Assembly (NCBI GenBank): GCA_001179505.1
Contig: CDMY01000268.1
Location: forward strand, 62,001-126,000
DNA length: 64,000 bases
Direction of reading: 5' to 3'
Source of the DNA: Vitrella brassicaformis CCMP3155
Lineage: Eukaryota > Protista > Chromerida
Part shown: in pieces, positions 29,272 to 41,759 of the stretch
Position numbering within the stretch: the stretch's first letter is position 1
Layout: every line of letters starts with the position of its first letter
The notes under the pieces: generated by a model
Seen by the model: only the letters and a program-made list of their open reading frames with translations
What the model was told of the DNA's origin: nothing
Database searches by the model: none
Program-made: the position numbers and the translations under genes

Positions 29272-30278
29272 TGTGCGTGCGAAGGCACCACCTACACGGA
29301 CCACTTTTCTGGTACAAACACCCAAATATACAGAAGGACAGACAGACAGACAGACGGACGGACAAGTGGTGGAGAGAAGGAGACGTATGTGTGTGTGTGT
29401 ATGTGTGTAGGGACCGAACAGGCCGGCCCGACGATCGCCGTCAGCGGGCTGACAACGGGGAGGCAATACTGCTTCAAGTATGCGGCCAAGAACCGTCTGT
29501 TTGCCGACCAAGTAAGCCACCCCATCCACACCGAGGGAGAAGGAGAGAGGACAACACACGCGTCTCTCTCTCTCTGTTTCTGCGGTGTATGTGTCTGCCG
29601 TTGTCTTAGTCGATAGCGGACTCAGCTGCCAACTACTCACCAGCTGCCGTAGAAGAGCGCCAGCTGCCTCCTCCTCCGCTCACCCTCTCTGTGTGTGTCT
29701 CTGTGTGTTGTCAGTGCTTCTACGCGGCAGACGAGCCGGATCCGCCAACATGGGCGACCCCACAGGTCCCATTGGACACACACACACACACTGAGAAATG
29801 GGTGTGCCTGGGGGATATGTGTGTGCGTGTGTGTGTGTGTGTGTGTGTAGGTTGTTGCCGGCAGCCAGACACAGACGGGCTTGACACTGGATTGGGAGGC
29901 CCCCGGATCTTCTGGTATGCCTTTCTCTCCCCGCACCCCCATCTCTGCGTCTCTCTGTCTCTGTGAATGTGTGTGTAGGGGGTATGCCCATCGCCGGCTA
30001 CCGCGTCTATGTCGACGGTGCGACGTGTGCGAGCGGATCGGCCCCCGACTACCTTCTCTACGACGGCTCCTCCAACCCCTCAGCCACACAAGTGGACACA
30101 CCCAAACATACACACACAGCAGTGTTTTCCTTCCTTGTGGATCTCTGTGTGTGCAGGCGGCCGTGTCGTCACTTCCTACCGACACGGAGTGCACCTTTGC
30201 CGTGACGGCCATCAACACGGCCACATACGAGAGCGCTCTCAGGTGCTCAGCCAGCCGCTCGCACACCCATATTGCCCA

Positions 30279-30315
<37 letters not shown>

Positions 30316-30642
30316 ATGTGTTTTTAACAGCGCCACTTATCAGGTGCGCATCGCGGCTGCCCCAAGCACGCCCACCAACTTTGCCGTCGACACGTCAGCT
30401 GGCGGACACAACAACCAAGGTCACACAGACCCCCCACACACACACAGCACAGAGAGAGAGAGAGAGAGACGTGTGTATGTATGTATTCAGTTGACCTCAC
30501 TTGGACTGCAAGTGCCAGCACTGGGGGTGCGGCCCCGGTCGAGTACACAATCCGCTGGGACAACGGCAACTTCGGCGCACTCAGCAACAGCGTCACTGGT
30601 GCGCTCTGGAAACAAGACTCCTGTGCGCCCCCCATCTGTGTG

Positions 30643-30675
<33 letters not shown>

Positions 30676-31266
30676 AGGTATCTCTGGCACCAGCCACTCG
30701 GTCACCCCGCTGACTCTCGCCAATTTCTACCGGTCTGGGCTGTCGTACACCTGTGTGCGTGTGTGTGTGTTGTCCACACATCTGTGTGTGTCTCTCTCTG
30801 TATTTCTGTGCAGTTTCACGATAGAGGCCGTCAACAATGTGCCTCTGTCCAGCGCGGCGTCGAGCATCCTCATCACCCAAGTCTGCGAGAAACCCGATGC
30901 TCCCACGCCGACATTCACCGGCCATACCGACACTTCGGTGAGCGCCCCCCGGCACCCAACACACACCCAACACAAACGCCCACACACCCATTCTACGTGC
31001 TATATAGGTGGTCATCAACTGGACGCCCCCAGCCAATACGGGCGGCACAGGTAAGTGTGTGTGTGTGTGCAGAGAAATCTCTCTATTGCGCGAGTCTGTG
31101 TGTTTGTATGTTTGTATATGTGTGTGTGTAGGGGTGGACATTGTGGGCTATCGTGTGTATAAGGACGACTGTGCTGGCGGGGCGTTTCTCGCCACGCCCA
31201 TACACGACGGTCGGCACACACAAAGAATACACAGGCCGGAGCCAGCCGCATATGCCAATCTCTTTG

Positions 31267-31298
<32 letters not shown>

Positions 31299-34007
31299 TG
31301 TAGGGGGTTCCGGGGTGCTCACTTACACAGCAACGGGACTCACGTGAGCACACACAGAGACAGACAGACAGAGCATGTCTGTATATATGTGTGTGTGTGT
31401 GTGTGTGTGTCCACAGCGCCGGAGCCACATGCAAATTCGGGCTAACCTCTCTCAACTCGGTCTATGAGAGCGTTCAATCAGGTGATGACATTGGCTGCAC
31501 AATCAATCCTCCACACCGGCGGCAAAATCCTTCCGATCTGTGTTTGTGTTTGGTTGGGCAGGTCCTCATTCTGTGGACATATCTGCCGTCCCCACGGCTC
31601 CCGGCACGCCCACACTCACAAGCGTCACCAACGCGTAGGCGGGCATGATGCTCATACACACACACATGCAAGAGGGCGTCTGTCTGTGTGTGTGGGTGTT
31701 GCAGGGGCTCGGACATTGACATGGTCATCGGATGGACCACTGCCACCTCTGGTGGGTTGGGGCGCCACGCACACACACACACACACACACCCCAATCTCT
31801 TTCTCTCTGTCTCTGTCCTCCCCCTGTGTGTCTGTGTGTGTGTGTCTGTGTGTGTGTGTGTCTCCGTCAGCCGACGCCATAACTCAGGACGAAGTCTTCA
31901 GCGACAACTGTGCAGGCGGCCCCATTACCAACAGCGAATTCTCGGGCGCCCCCGCTGTCGCACACACAAAGACGGGCATCGCTTACGGCGCCGTTTGCCG
32001 CTTCCAGGTGCCCTCTTTTCTCTGTCTTTCTCACACACACACAGAGGGAGGGAGGGAGGGAGTGTGTTGTGTGTGTGTGTGCGTATAAACAGATCCAAGC
32101 GTCCAACTCGAACGGTGCCGGGCCGCTCAGCGGCATCGCAACCTTTGTGGCGTCCGTAACACCAGGAGCCCCGCAGAGCTTCGCGTACGTGTTTGCGCCT
32201 TTTTTTTTTGGCGGTTGGCCATTATGGAAGCCATCTAAGAGTGTCGCTCTCCCTCTCCCTCTGTGTAGGTATGCGTCATCGACAGCTACGAGCATCACGG
32301 TCACATGGGCGGCACCAAACCCCGTCGGCCACGCAAATGAGGCCACGCTGGACCGGTCAGTGGCACTGGACAGAGAGGGGCCGTTTGGTTAACAGCGTCC
32401 CTCTCTCTCTCTCTCTCTCTGTGCGTGTGTGTGTGTGTCTCGTTTGTGAAGGTATGAAGTCCTGTACACCAATCTGGACACGGCTGTCGGGCCGACAACA
32501 GGTACACCTACACCTACACACACACACACACACGCCGAAGTGTGTGGATCAAGATGTCTGTGGGTGTGTGTGCTTTGGCAGTGACCATCTCCCCCACGAC
32601 ATTAACCGCGACACTCACCGGGCTGACGACCACACACCAATACCAGGTCAGGGTGGACACACAGAGACACTTTAGGGGATCTGTGTGTGTGTGTGTGTGT
32701 GTGCGAATGCAGATAAGCGTTCGTGCGTGCACCATCAACGAGTGCAGCAGCAACGCCGGGCCGATCAACCAGGCACGGAAATACCCACAGACATACACAT
32801 ATCGTCCTGCATCTCCCTCTCTCCCCGTGTGTCTGCGTGTGTGTGTGTGTGTGTCAGTATTGCGGGTCTCTCCCAGACGCGCCGGACCCCCTCTCTGTGT
32901 CGGCGAGCACTTCTAACGATATCACGCTCGGATGGACTTTCACAGGTAGGCCTGTTCGTGTGTGTGCACACCGTTTTCTATGTAGGCTGCTTGCTATGTG
33001 TGGGTGTAGGGAGCAATGGCGGCATGAGCGTCACGAGCTACTCCGTCCTATGGAGCAACAACAAGTGAGAACCACTCTCTCTCCCCCTCTCTCTCTCTGT
33101 TTGTGTGTGCTAAGTGTATGTTTGTATGTCTGTGCGTGTTTCAGCTTCGCCACGTCCACAGCCGATACGGCCGTCGGCACGTCGTATGTCTTCACCTGCG
33201 CATCCGGTGGCGGACAGGGGTACGTCAATGCATTCAACACGCACACGACACACACACACACAGAGAGAGAGAGGGAGACGTGTGTGTGTGTGTGTGTGTG
33301 GCCTTATGGGTGCAGGCTCTATTCTTTCAAAGCCGCTGCAACGACCTCTGTGGGCACCGGTTAGCACACACACTGATTCTCTGTGTGTGTAGAGACATAT
33401 TGACCTGTCTGTGTGTGTGAAATGAAGGTGCGTATACGAGTGCGATCAGCTGGTTCTGCGCAAACCCCCCCACCGCCCCGTTAGCAGCACCAGCGGTGGT
33501 ACAGCCACACACAGGCATAAACACATGCCGAAAGGTCGTCTTCTGACATAATCTTCATATATATGTGTGTGTTACAGGCATCTCAGAGCACGACGGCGAT
33601 CACCGTGACCTTGGCGACACCGACAGCACTGCAATTGAACAACGTATGTGCAGACACAGAGAGACATATGCACGGACACACACACGTGTGTGCATCTCCC
33701 TCTCTCTCTCTCTCTCTCTCTCCATGTATCTGTGTGTGTGTAGGCGCCCCACACAGGCTATGTGCTGTACTGGAACGACGGCCTCGGCGGCACTGACTAC
33801 GACGTACCTTGTGTCACACCCACACCCACACGCAAACGTTTGTTTGTGTCTGTCTGTGTGTGAAGTCGAGAACGATCACGGAGCCGTCGGCCATCACCCA
33901 GACCATCACAGACTGGAAGGGGACGCCTCTGAGTGCGGGAGACACCTACCGCATCAAATACATCTTTGTCTCCTCAGCCGGTATATAATCACACACACAC
34001 AGACTGA

Positions 34008-34042
<35 letters not shown>

Positions 34043-35219
34043 GAGGGAAAGATGCGCCTGTGTCTCTGTCTGTCTGTCTGTCTGTCTGTGTAGGGGACGG
34101 CGCGGAGTCAGCCGAATTGGCGGCCATTGCTGCAACTGGTGTGTTGTCACACGCACACAGACCCCCCTGCTCTCACCACGCACACACACGTGAGTGTGTG
34201 TGGTGGTCTTTTCTCAGTGCCCGACACCCCCGCAATGCCCACAAGAGTTGTCACGACCACAAGCACGTCGGACACTGCAATCGAGGTACGCGTGAATGAA
34301 AGCTCGTCTGTGTGTGGACCTCTCCTTCTGTCAAAAAGGTGTCTTGGATAGCGCCGAGCGACGGCGGCAGCCCCCTCACGGCATACCGACTCTCTTGGAA
34401 GGTACGTCTCTCTTTTTACCTGTCTCTGTCTCTCTCCCCGTGTCTGTAGGTCATGTGTGTGTGTGTTGATGTGCGCAGTTGTCGACGGGCCCGACATTCA
34501 CCGACATCGACGTGACCCAGGCGGTCACCTCCGACTCTGTGACGGGCATGCACACAGACACAAACATGGAGTTTTTTTGCGAATGCATTGATTGAGGATT
34601 CTCCGTGTCTATGCGTGTGTGTGCAGTGCCCACACCGGGCAGCTCGTATCACTTTAAGGTCTACGCGACCAACGCAGTCGGCGACTCGGCTTACAGCGAC
34701 GTGCTCGTTGCTAAGGTCGCCACCGGCCCAGCCCCTTTTACACACAAATCTCTCTCTGTCTCTCTCTCTCTGTGTGCGTGTGGATAAAGGCTGCTGGCGT
34801 GCCCGACCAGCCAGGATCTCCTCCCTCTAGGGACCTGGCTTCAAGCAGGTGAGCATGTCTCTCTCTCCATGTCCCTTTGTCTCTCCTTATACCCACACCC
34901 TTCTGTGCGCAGTGTGAGTGGCGCGACGTGCAACCTCGCCCTGACGTGGACGGCTCCGACCGTTGTGGAGTTGAACGAGGGCACACTCACTGGGTAAGGG
35001 GGAGAACTGGTGTGTGGGTGTGTGGGTGCATTCCTGCGTCTGGGTGTGCAGGTATTATCTGTACCGCAATAACGGAGGCGCGACGGCCATCTCTGCCACA
35101 CCGACGGTTGACCTGTCCACAACACCATCGGCCTCATCAACGACCATCACCTCTCTCACGTATACCCACACACGCAGAGAGAGAGATACACACACACACA
35201 CACCCCTCACAGCCGCGAA

Positions 35220-35257
<38 letters not shown>

Positions 35258-37057
35258 TGTGTGCAGGACCGGCACCACCTACAAAGTCACTCTTTCAGTG
35301 GTCAACGAGATCGGCGAGTCGCAGCAGAGCTCAGAGGCCTCACTACTGTGCGCAGTGGTGCCGGACACACCGACAACGCCCGCAGTCACCGGTGCACACA
35401 CACGGACATAATCAAATATGCGAGCAGAGCACTTGTGTGTCGGGCTGTGCTGTAGGTGTTGTGAGGGGGGATGGCGGCTACCCTACGGGCAACGGGGAGA
35501 TATCTTTGAGCTGGGTGGCACCCGACAACAAGTCGAGACATACACACGCACACACACACACACAGAGGGAGAGAGACGCTGCTGTATGTGCAGAGGTGAT
35601 GCGATCACCAATTACCGCATCGAAGTCACCGAGACCGTCGGTTCCGGCGCCTCGGAGGTCGTCACTCTAGGTACGCCGACAATTGGCACGGGAAGCGCGA
35701 CGCTTTGCTCCTTTCTTGCATGTCTGTGTGCAGGCAGCGCATCCACAAGCACCACTTTGACCGCTGCAAACTTTGGTGCCACTATAATGTTTGACTCGGC
35801 TATTCCCGAAGGGTACACACACGCACAGACAGAGAGAGAGAGAGAGAGACGTATGGTTATGGGGTCAATACCAAAAACACAGATATACCCTTACCGTGGC
35901 CGCCTACAACTCTCTCGGCTGGGGCCTTTACTCGGTAAGGAGTCTTCCACACAAAAAGGGACAACGATGTGAGTGTCTCGTTTGTGTGTATTCCGCAGGC
36001 GGCCACATCAACAGTGTACCTGCTAGAGACTCCCAACGCCCCTGCGAACCTCCGCAGAGCGGCGACAGCGGCCGTCAACACGCAGATCGACCTTGAGTGG
36101 GATGTGCCCACAGACACCGGTGAGTCTGTTCTGTCTTGGTGTCTTGTGGGTGACATTTTCTCATTCCCTCTCTCTCTCTCTCTCTGTGCCTCTGTGTGTC
36201 TGTGTGCAGGTGGTGCGGCCAACACTGACCTGACATATGAGATATACGGAGGCAACGACTGCATCACCATGGTCAGTGTTGGCGCATTCATCCGCTGCGC
36301 CTCTGATATGTGTGTGCGTGTGCAGGCCTCGTTGAGTACCACAGAAACCGGCGGCCCTGTCACCGTCACCTACACAGAGTCATCTCTCGCACCAGGGTAA
36401 CAGCACACACACACGCACAGAGAAACAAAGAGAGAGGGAAGGAGAGAAGGGGGTGTGCCCACCCAATCAACACGTGCAGCACCAGTCGGTGCTACAAGGT
36501 CCGCGCCAAGAACCTCGAGAACACCTGGAGCCCCTTCTCCCTCACCGTCACGCTGAGAGCAGCACAGCTGCCAGGTACACACATGTGCCTCCCCCCCCTA
36601 CACACCCGTTATCCATCTGTGTGTGTGTGTGTGTAGATCCCCCGACGGGCCTTGTGTGCAATTCCCCCGCGGGTGGTCAATTAGACATCTCGTGGACGCC
36701 GCCCGCGTCAGATGGCGGCAGCCCTCTTACTCGGTAATTAATGAGGCCAGCAACTTGATATGACCGATCACAGAATGAATGCACTATATGTGTGTGTGCA
36801 GGTATGTGGTGAGCTATACTGGCCCGGAGACCCCCGGACCCTACCTACTCAACTCTGCCACGTCAGACAGCTTCACTACCCTGATCTCCGGCGGCCCCTA
36901 CACTGTGGTGAGCAGAGCCAGCCGCTGACAGAGGCACATGTCCGTCAGCCATCTCTCTCTCTCTGTGTCTGTCTGTGTGTGTGTGCAGAACTTGTATGCG
37001 GAGAATGAAGTCGGGCAAGAGCCGACAGGAGACTCATGTTCCGTCACTATCTCGTAA
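3522..37057 (+). CDS. Giant secreted FN3 / PA14 / filamin(Ig-like)-repeat protein, well over 100 exons, estimated >5000 aa
   Basis: ATG 3522 starts a signal-peptide-like MICRRPFVFLKKLLLSAALALLPAVVTAQEP. GC-rich exons alternate with microsatellite introns and encode PA14, filamin-like and FN3 motifs (P..P...W..P...GG..IT.Y......Y.F.V.A.N..G). The last exon reads NLYAENEVGQEPTGDSCSVTIS* (TAA 37055-37057). Many, but not all, junctions were checked, and four gaps hide exons. Confidence 0.88.
5868..6639 (+). other. PA14-like domain 1 of giant protein
   Basis: Spliced GGLYGQYWDNQWFYG...DATVSFDWG...DFVSIRWTG...YTFYLDVDDSARLWVDD...IRIDYREESG...LLWSS...KQTIPSESLF fits the PA14 pattern (GL.G.Y, F.W, RW.G, DD..RLW.D, L.W). 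Confidence 0.85.
6705..10208 (+). other. Filamin/Ig-like repeat array of giant protein
   Basis: Repeated motifs such as FLVQAKDAGGNN, ANDGLYRVDYVLTTIGTYTVDVTLGG, FSLQLKDAYDN, GEYTVSFSALRQGGYQMHVKIDG, QLKDTYSN. Similar repeats occur at ~5570-5710 and ~11400-13290. Confidence 0.75.
6805..7104. other. Assembly gap (300 N)
   Basis: Run of exactly 300 N followed by a poly-C tract. Confidence 0.99.
10381..11330 (+). other. PA14-like domain 2 of giant protein
   Basis: PGGLIAQYY...RVDATVDFTW...ADFFSVRW...DSGVRLHLG...LTVDYQ-HQTGTSSVSLYWAS...IVPATSLLY. Confidence 0.8.
13302..14160 (+). other. PA14-like domain 3 of giant protein
   Basis: GGLNAQYFQN...IDTQVDFNW...ASARWDGYIK...TADE...VWLDG...VSYYEQEGTAHISLEWQ...VPSTSLY. 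Confidence 0.8.
15274..15573. other. Assembly gap (300 N)
   Basis: Run of exactly 300 N flanked by C tracts. Confidence 0.99.
16958..17257. other. Assembly gap (300 N)
   Basis: Run of exactly 300 N flanked by long poly-C tracts. Confidence 0.99.
23255..23554. other. Assembly gap (300 N)
   Basis: Run of exactly 300 N flanked by short C tracts. Confidence 0.99.
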
Positions 37058-37651
37058 CTGACAGACAGCCAGACACTTGGCTGACGGCTCTCGTCATAAT
37101 AATAGCTATACACACCATCCGGCTTATTTGTCAATCATGGTATTTGTCAATCTATTTATCTGTTGGACGGCGGGGGGGTGGGGGGCTGTGTGTGTGTGTG
37201 TGTGTCTGTTCTTTTCACTGGACTCAATGGACGTGGCTTGCGCGTGGTTGGCTGCTTGGTTTCTGCACTTCACTCGTCCCGGAGTGAGTGGGCGGATGCA
37301 TGAGACAAGCTTTATGATATGATCTCACAGCGTGAACACAGAGATATCTCCGCGGACACACTGCTATGTCTGTGGTGACCGTCCAATTGTCATGCGCATA
37401 AACCCCACACAAAAAACGCTATTTGGCTCTCATTTGATGGTCGTCTTACACACCATCTGTCTGTCTGCTGTGTCTGCGGACATACCAAAAGACACCAATC
37501 ACACACGCAAAAGAGACACGGAGGGCCAAAAAAGGAGAGGCCTCACACAGCACACTGGATGAAGACACCATACATGCATGCATGTCACGTTGAGAAGCGG
37601 CATGCAGCCCTAAATGAATCTGACCTTTCGGGCCTCACTCTCACACCACAG

Positions 37652-40600
37652 TTAGAACACGACTCTCAGCACCTCCACTTCATCGGCCATGAAGTACGCA
37701 CTGCCCCCAAAGAAAGCACTGCCACGCCCATTCCTCACTCCCACATAGCCCTCAGGCACATCCCACCAGGGGATGCCCTGACAGCAGCTGCGAATGTCAT
37801 CAGCAGCAGCGCCACCCTCATAGCCCAACTCCAGCCACCCACCGCCCACCATCAGCAGTTTCGCCCCACGCACTGTCCCCTCCCGCCCGGCCACATACAC
37901 TGGCCAGTTGCCGCCTTCCATCTTGGTCGGCCCCTTGGCGAAGTGGCCGGCCAGCGAGAAATGCCACATATCACAGCGGTACTTCTTCTTGCCTTTTCGG
38001 TCGTCGGGCAGCCGGATACCGGCACTGATGAAGGCGCCGAAGACGTACTTGTCCTTGCGGATGATGAACACCAGACCGCTTGCATCGCCCACACACCGCA
38101 GCAGATCGCCATACGACGACCCGTCACTTGAGGCCCTGAATGAAGAAGACAGACACGCACACAGACACAGACACACACAGAGCACACACACAAAGTCAAA
38201 CGATGGACGATGTCAATGACAAGAGCAGGGTACCTGTAGATGAGTTTCAGTCTGCTCGCAGTTGTCGGTCTGAGGAACCGATAGAGTGCCGCCGACTGGA
38301 GGGCATCGAAGGTCGCACCCTCGATCACCTGCAGCGACAAACAACAGGACGTCGATGCGGCTCTCCCTCGCCATTGTGTGTATGACCTTGAGTGGGAGAA
38401 GTGACCGACCGTCGACACGAATTGCTTCCACTTCATCGGCCACGAAGTGCTCACTGCCCCCAAACAGAGCATCGCCATCCTCATCCCTCACCCCCACATA
38501 GCCCTCAGGCACACGATCGCTGTCGATGAGCTGACGGCAGCTGCGCATATCATCAGCAGCGCCACCCTTGTAGCCCAACATCAGGCGTCCCTCAATCCAC
38601 CGACCGATCCACAGCTTCGCCCCGCCCACTGCCCCCTCCCGCCCAGCCACCCACACTGACTTCCTGCCATCCAGCATCTTGGTCGGCTTCTCGAAGTGGC
38701 CGGCCAGCGAGAAATGCCACCCATCACAGAAGTGGACGTTCTCGCCTTTTGGGTCGTCGGGCACTTGAATGCCATCACTCATATAGACGCCGAAGACGTA
38801 CTTGTCCTCGCGGATGACCAAGACCAGGCCCTCCGTGTCGCCCACACACCGCAGCAGATCGCCATACTCTGCGCCGTCACGCGAAGCCCTGAGAACATCA
38901 GAGACGACAGAGAATGACACACAATTGATTGCAGTGTCTGTGATGTGGTTTGTGCGTCGCACCTGTACAGCAGAGTGAATTCACATTCGTCCAACATGGC
39001 GAGCGCCAAGACGGATCGGAGGGCCGCACACTCTGTCGAGCTCAGACTGCTGCCAACGATCACCTGCACACACAGAGAGGGAGGTCAGGGCAATTGTGAC
39101 GATGCTGCAATCACCCCATGGGCATTCTCACTTGTGGGTCGGGCGATTGGTCGTCCTCGTCTGTCGTGCTGCGACTCGAGAGAGCCGTGATGCCATCCGG
39201 CACACCGTCAGACACACTGACGATGCCATCACCATCCTGATGAAAGTAGACAGCGGAGATATACAAAAGGCGAATCGCCGCCCTGCTGTCTGTGTCTGTC
39301 TGACCTCTGGTATGTCACTCAGGCGATCGTCGGCAGTCATTGTGAACACAGACTTGACCGACGAACGGGACAGCACCTGCACACACAAACTCACAATGCC
39401 TCCCCGTCTGTGTGGGTGCCCATTTCATTGCTTTTCACTGACCACAGACGGCGGGCCCTCTCGGTGGCTGCGTGTGTTGCTCCTGTGGATCTTCGTTGGC
39501 GGCCTCTCATTGGTCAGTCGGCCCTCTAACGGAACAATCTGAACGACGTCACAGACAGCCGAAATAGGCTGCTTTGTTGAACACATGAGTGAGCTCTTTT
39601 AATTTGCTTACGTTCATGGTGTTTGATGGCTCTGATGTCTGCGACTGTGTGTCGAGCGGCCGACCGCTGGCAGCACCGTCGTCATCTGGTGGACAGGTGG
39701 TGGTCTGAAGCCAGCCAAGTCAAGAAACAAAGGCCTCAGTTGTCGCCGTGGTGTCAGGACTAGTGTGTTACCTGTCGACTGAGGTCGGTCGTCGGTCCGA
39801 TGAACCCGTCCGCCTCCCGACTTGCAGCAGCAGCGGCAGCTGGAGCTGCTGCCGACAGGTGGGTGAGGGGAATGGGTAGGGGATGTGGGTGGGGCGGATG
39901 CATTGGGAAAGGGGGATCGACAGCAGCTGCAGCGGCCGACACAGATGCCCCTTCTGCGGCCTGAAAGCAGCACCTGGTGGAGACTGCCTTGAGTGTGTAG
40001 TTCGCTTCTCCTCTCACCTGAATGTCATCCGATGTGTCAGGTCCGGGCATTCTGTTGACCCACTCCTGGACAGCCACGTGTAGCTCCTCCTCGCGCATCA
40101 GCTGCACACAAGGAGAATCACGATGCTCATGGGGCTTGCTGATCCGATGCACACGCACTATTCCATTTCCCTACCGCCATTCCATCGGTGTCGTCAGTGC
40201 CTGGTGCAGCAGCGGCAGGTGGCACAACAGAGGACGGCAAAGGACCCTGAGAAGGCAGACATGCATCGCCGAAAGGCGAATCTCTCACTGCGGGCACTCT
40301 GTTTGTCTACCTGCATATCGTTGATAACGTGAGCAAGCGATGGTGCCGGTGAGGCAGATGGCCCAGGAGGGTTCTGAAGAGATAGGGGCACGCAGACAAT
40401 GAGGGGTCGATGACTCGTCGATCTGTGTGACTGATTTGCTGTATCCTACCTGCTGACATCGCTTCCTGAAGTTTTTGATCCACGTGTCGCTCGCAGAGAA
40501 ATCACTGATGCCCAGCCGATTGGCAATCTCCATCGCCTTGGCTCGGATAGCCTTTGGGGGGACCTTCGTTAGGTCGTCATGGTTGGCCATCCACTGCCGC

Positions 40601-41444
40601 ATCTCGTCCTCAATCTGCTGGTACTTGGGCTGTCTGTTGCGCTTCTTAGTCGGGTCGACGATTCGCATGCCGGCCTCTCTCTGCTTCTTGAGCTTGGCCC
40701 GCCACTGCTTGAAGCGCTTGGGTGGGATGCCTTTCTCCTTGGCGAATTGGGGCATACTGATGGCCTCTTCGCTGTCCTTTCGCCTCTCAAACTCGTCCAC
40801 CAGCTGCAGCCGCTTGCCGATCGTCACCTCGCCCGTCCCACTGGCGGCTTCCTGGAAGCACACAAACAAGCCCATGATGGATGGCGGCAGACAAGGATAC
40901 GGCCTCTGATCGTTCTTGCCTGAGTAGCTGCGTCATCTGCCGTATCGTCGCCGTGACAGTCAGGCTGACAGGACACGAGTCTATGGCGATGTAATAGATT
41001 CGTCAATCAACGCTACCTGCGTTGAGTTGCCGACGTGATGCGATTGTCCGAGCGGATTCGCTGCACCGGTCTGAACAGTTGCAAAGACAAAGGGTCAACA
41101 CATTGGGTGCAGAAGTGATTGTGCTGTCGTATCCGCACCTGATGATGTGGGTCGTCATGATTCACTGCGGCGGTACCAGCACCACCACCGTGAGCAGCCT
41201 GTTAGAGAACGAGCAGAGCCTCACCGGCATTGATTGTGGATGCAGAAGCTCTGCTGCTGCACGCACCTGTGCCTGGTTGTCGTCATGATTGTGATGGTCC
41301 TCGGCCGATGTGATGGCCCACATCCCTAGCCACATCCAATCGGCCTACACACACGAAGCACAGACACAGACAAATGAATGAATCAAAGCGGTGACGTGCG
41401 GCGACACAGCACACTACCTGTGCGAAACTGTCCCATTCACTCAT
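37652..41444 (-). CDS. CENP-B/pogo-type double HTH + low-complexity linker + 2x TLDc protein (copy 1)
   Basis: HTH exon 40450-40851 reads VTIGKRLQLVDEF...QFAKEKGIPPKRFKQW...KKRNRQPKYQQIEDEMRQW...IRAKAMEIANRLGISDFSASDTWIKNFRKR. It is joined by in-frame phase-0 GT-AG introns through linker exons to two TLDc domains ending VLRVVF* at 37652. The start ATG 41444 (MSEWDSFAQ) is tentative. Confidence 0.8.
40450..40851 (-). other. CENP-B_N/BrkDBD-like HTH + HTH_Tnp_Tc5-like DNA-binding exon (copy 1)
   Basis: Motifs RQPKY..IE..M..W, I..KA..IA..LG...F.AS..W...F.KR are typical of Tc5/pogo/CENP-B DNA-binding domains. No DDE domain follows. Confidence 0.85.
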
Positions 41445-41759
41445 CAGAATGCCTCCCTTTTGCCGAAACGATGAATCACAGTCAGATCGCCGCAGCTCGC
41501 AAGAAGTCGAAGGGTAGAGGGCTGTTTGGTTGCTCAATGAACTCCCTAGCTGTGTGCTGTTGTGTTGGTTGCAGGTCTGTCCTCGCGCCTAGGGCAAGAC
41601 AAGATCTCCGCAGCGCCGAAGCAGCAGGGTCGTGGGAAGCGGTCGCACACACTGTCTACTGCTCAGGAAGAGACAACCGAGGCAAGCAACACAGAGCTTT
41701 CAATTCTGTGACTGGCTGCTGGCTGAGAGTAAATTGACAGGCCCGGCTTACTAACGGAG

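Larger units (their letters stand above)
14253..37057 (+). repeat. Tandem array of about 40 fibronectin type III repeats (manual count) forming the C-terminal two-thirds of the giant protein
   Basis: Recurrent FN3 starts such as PGAPAAPTVT, PSAPTGVQV...VSWTAS..DGGSP, PGPPQNLQV...LSWDPP, PDAPT...W.AP..DGGS.ITGY, followed by Y.F.V.A.N.VG.G motifs. Confidence 0.88.

Noticed and set aside
4121-36400. Many ORFs rich in THTHT, ERERE, CVCVC and LSLSL
   Set aside because: These are translations of intronic (CA)n/(GA)n/(GT)n/(CT)n microsatellites, not proteins.
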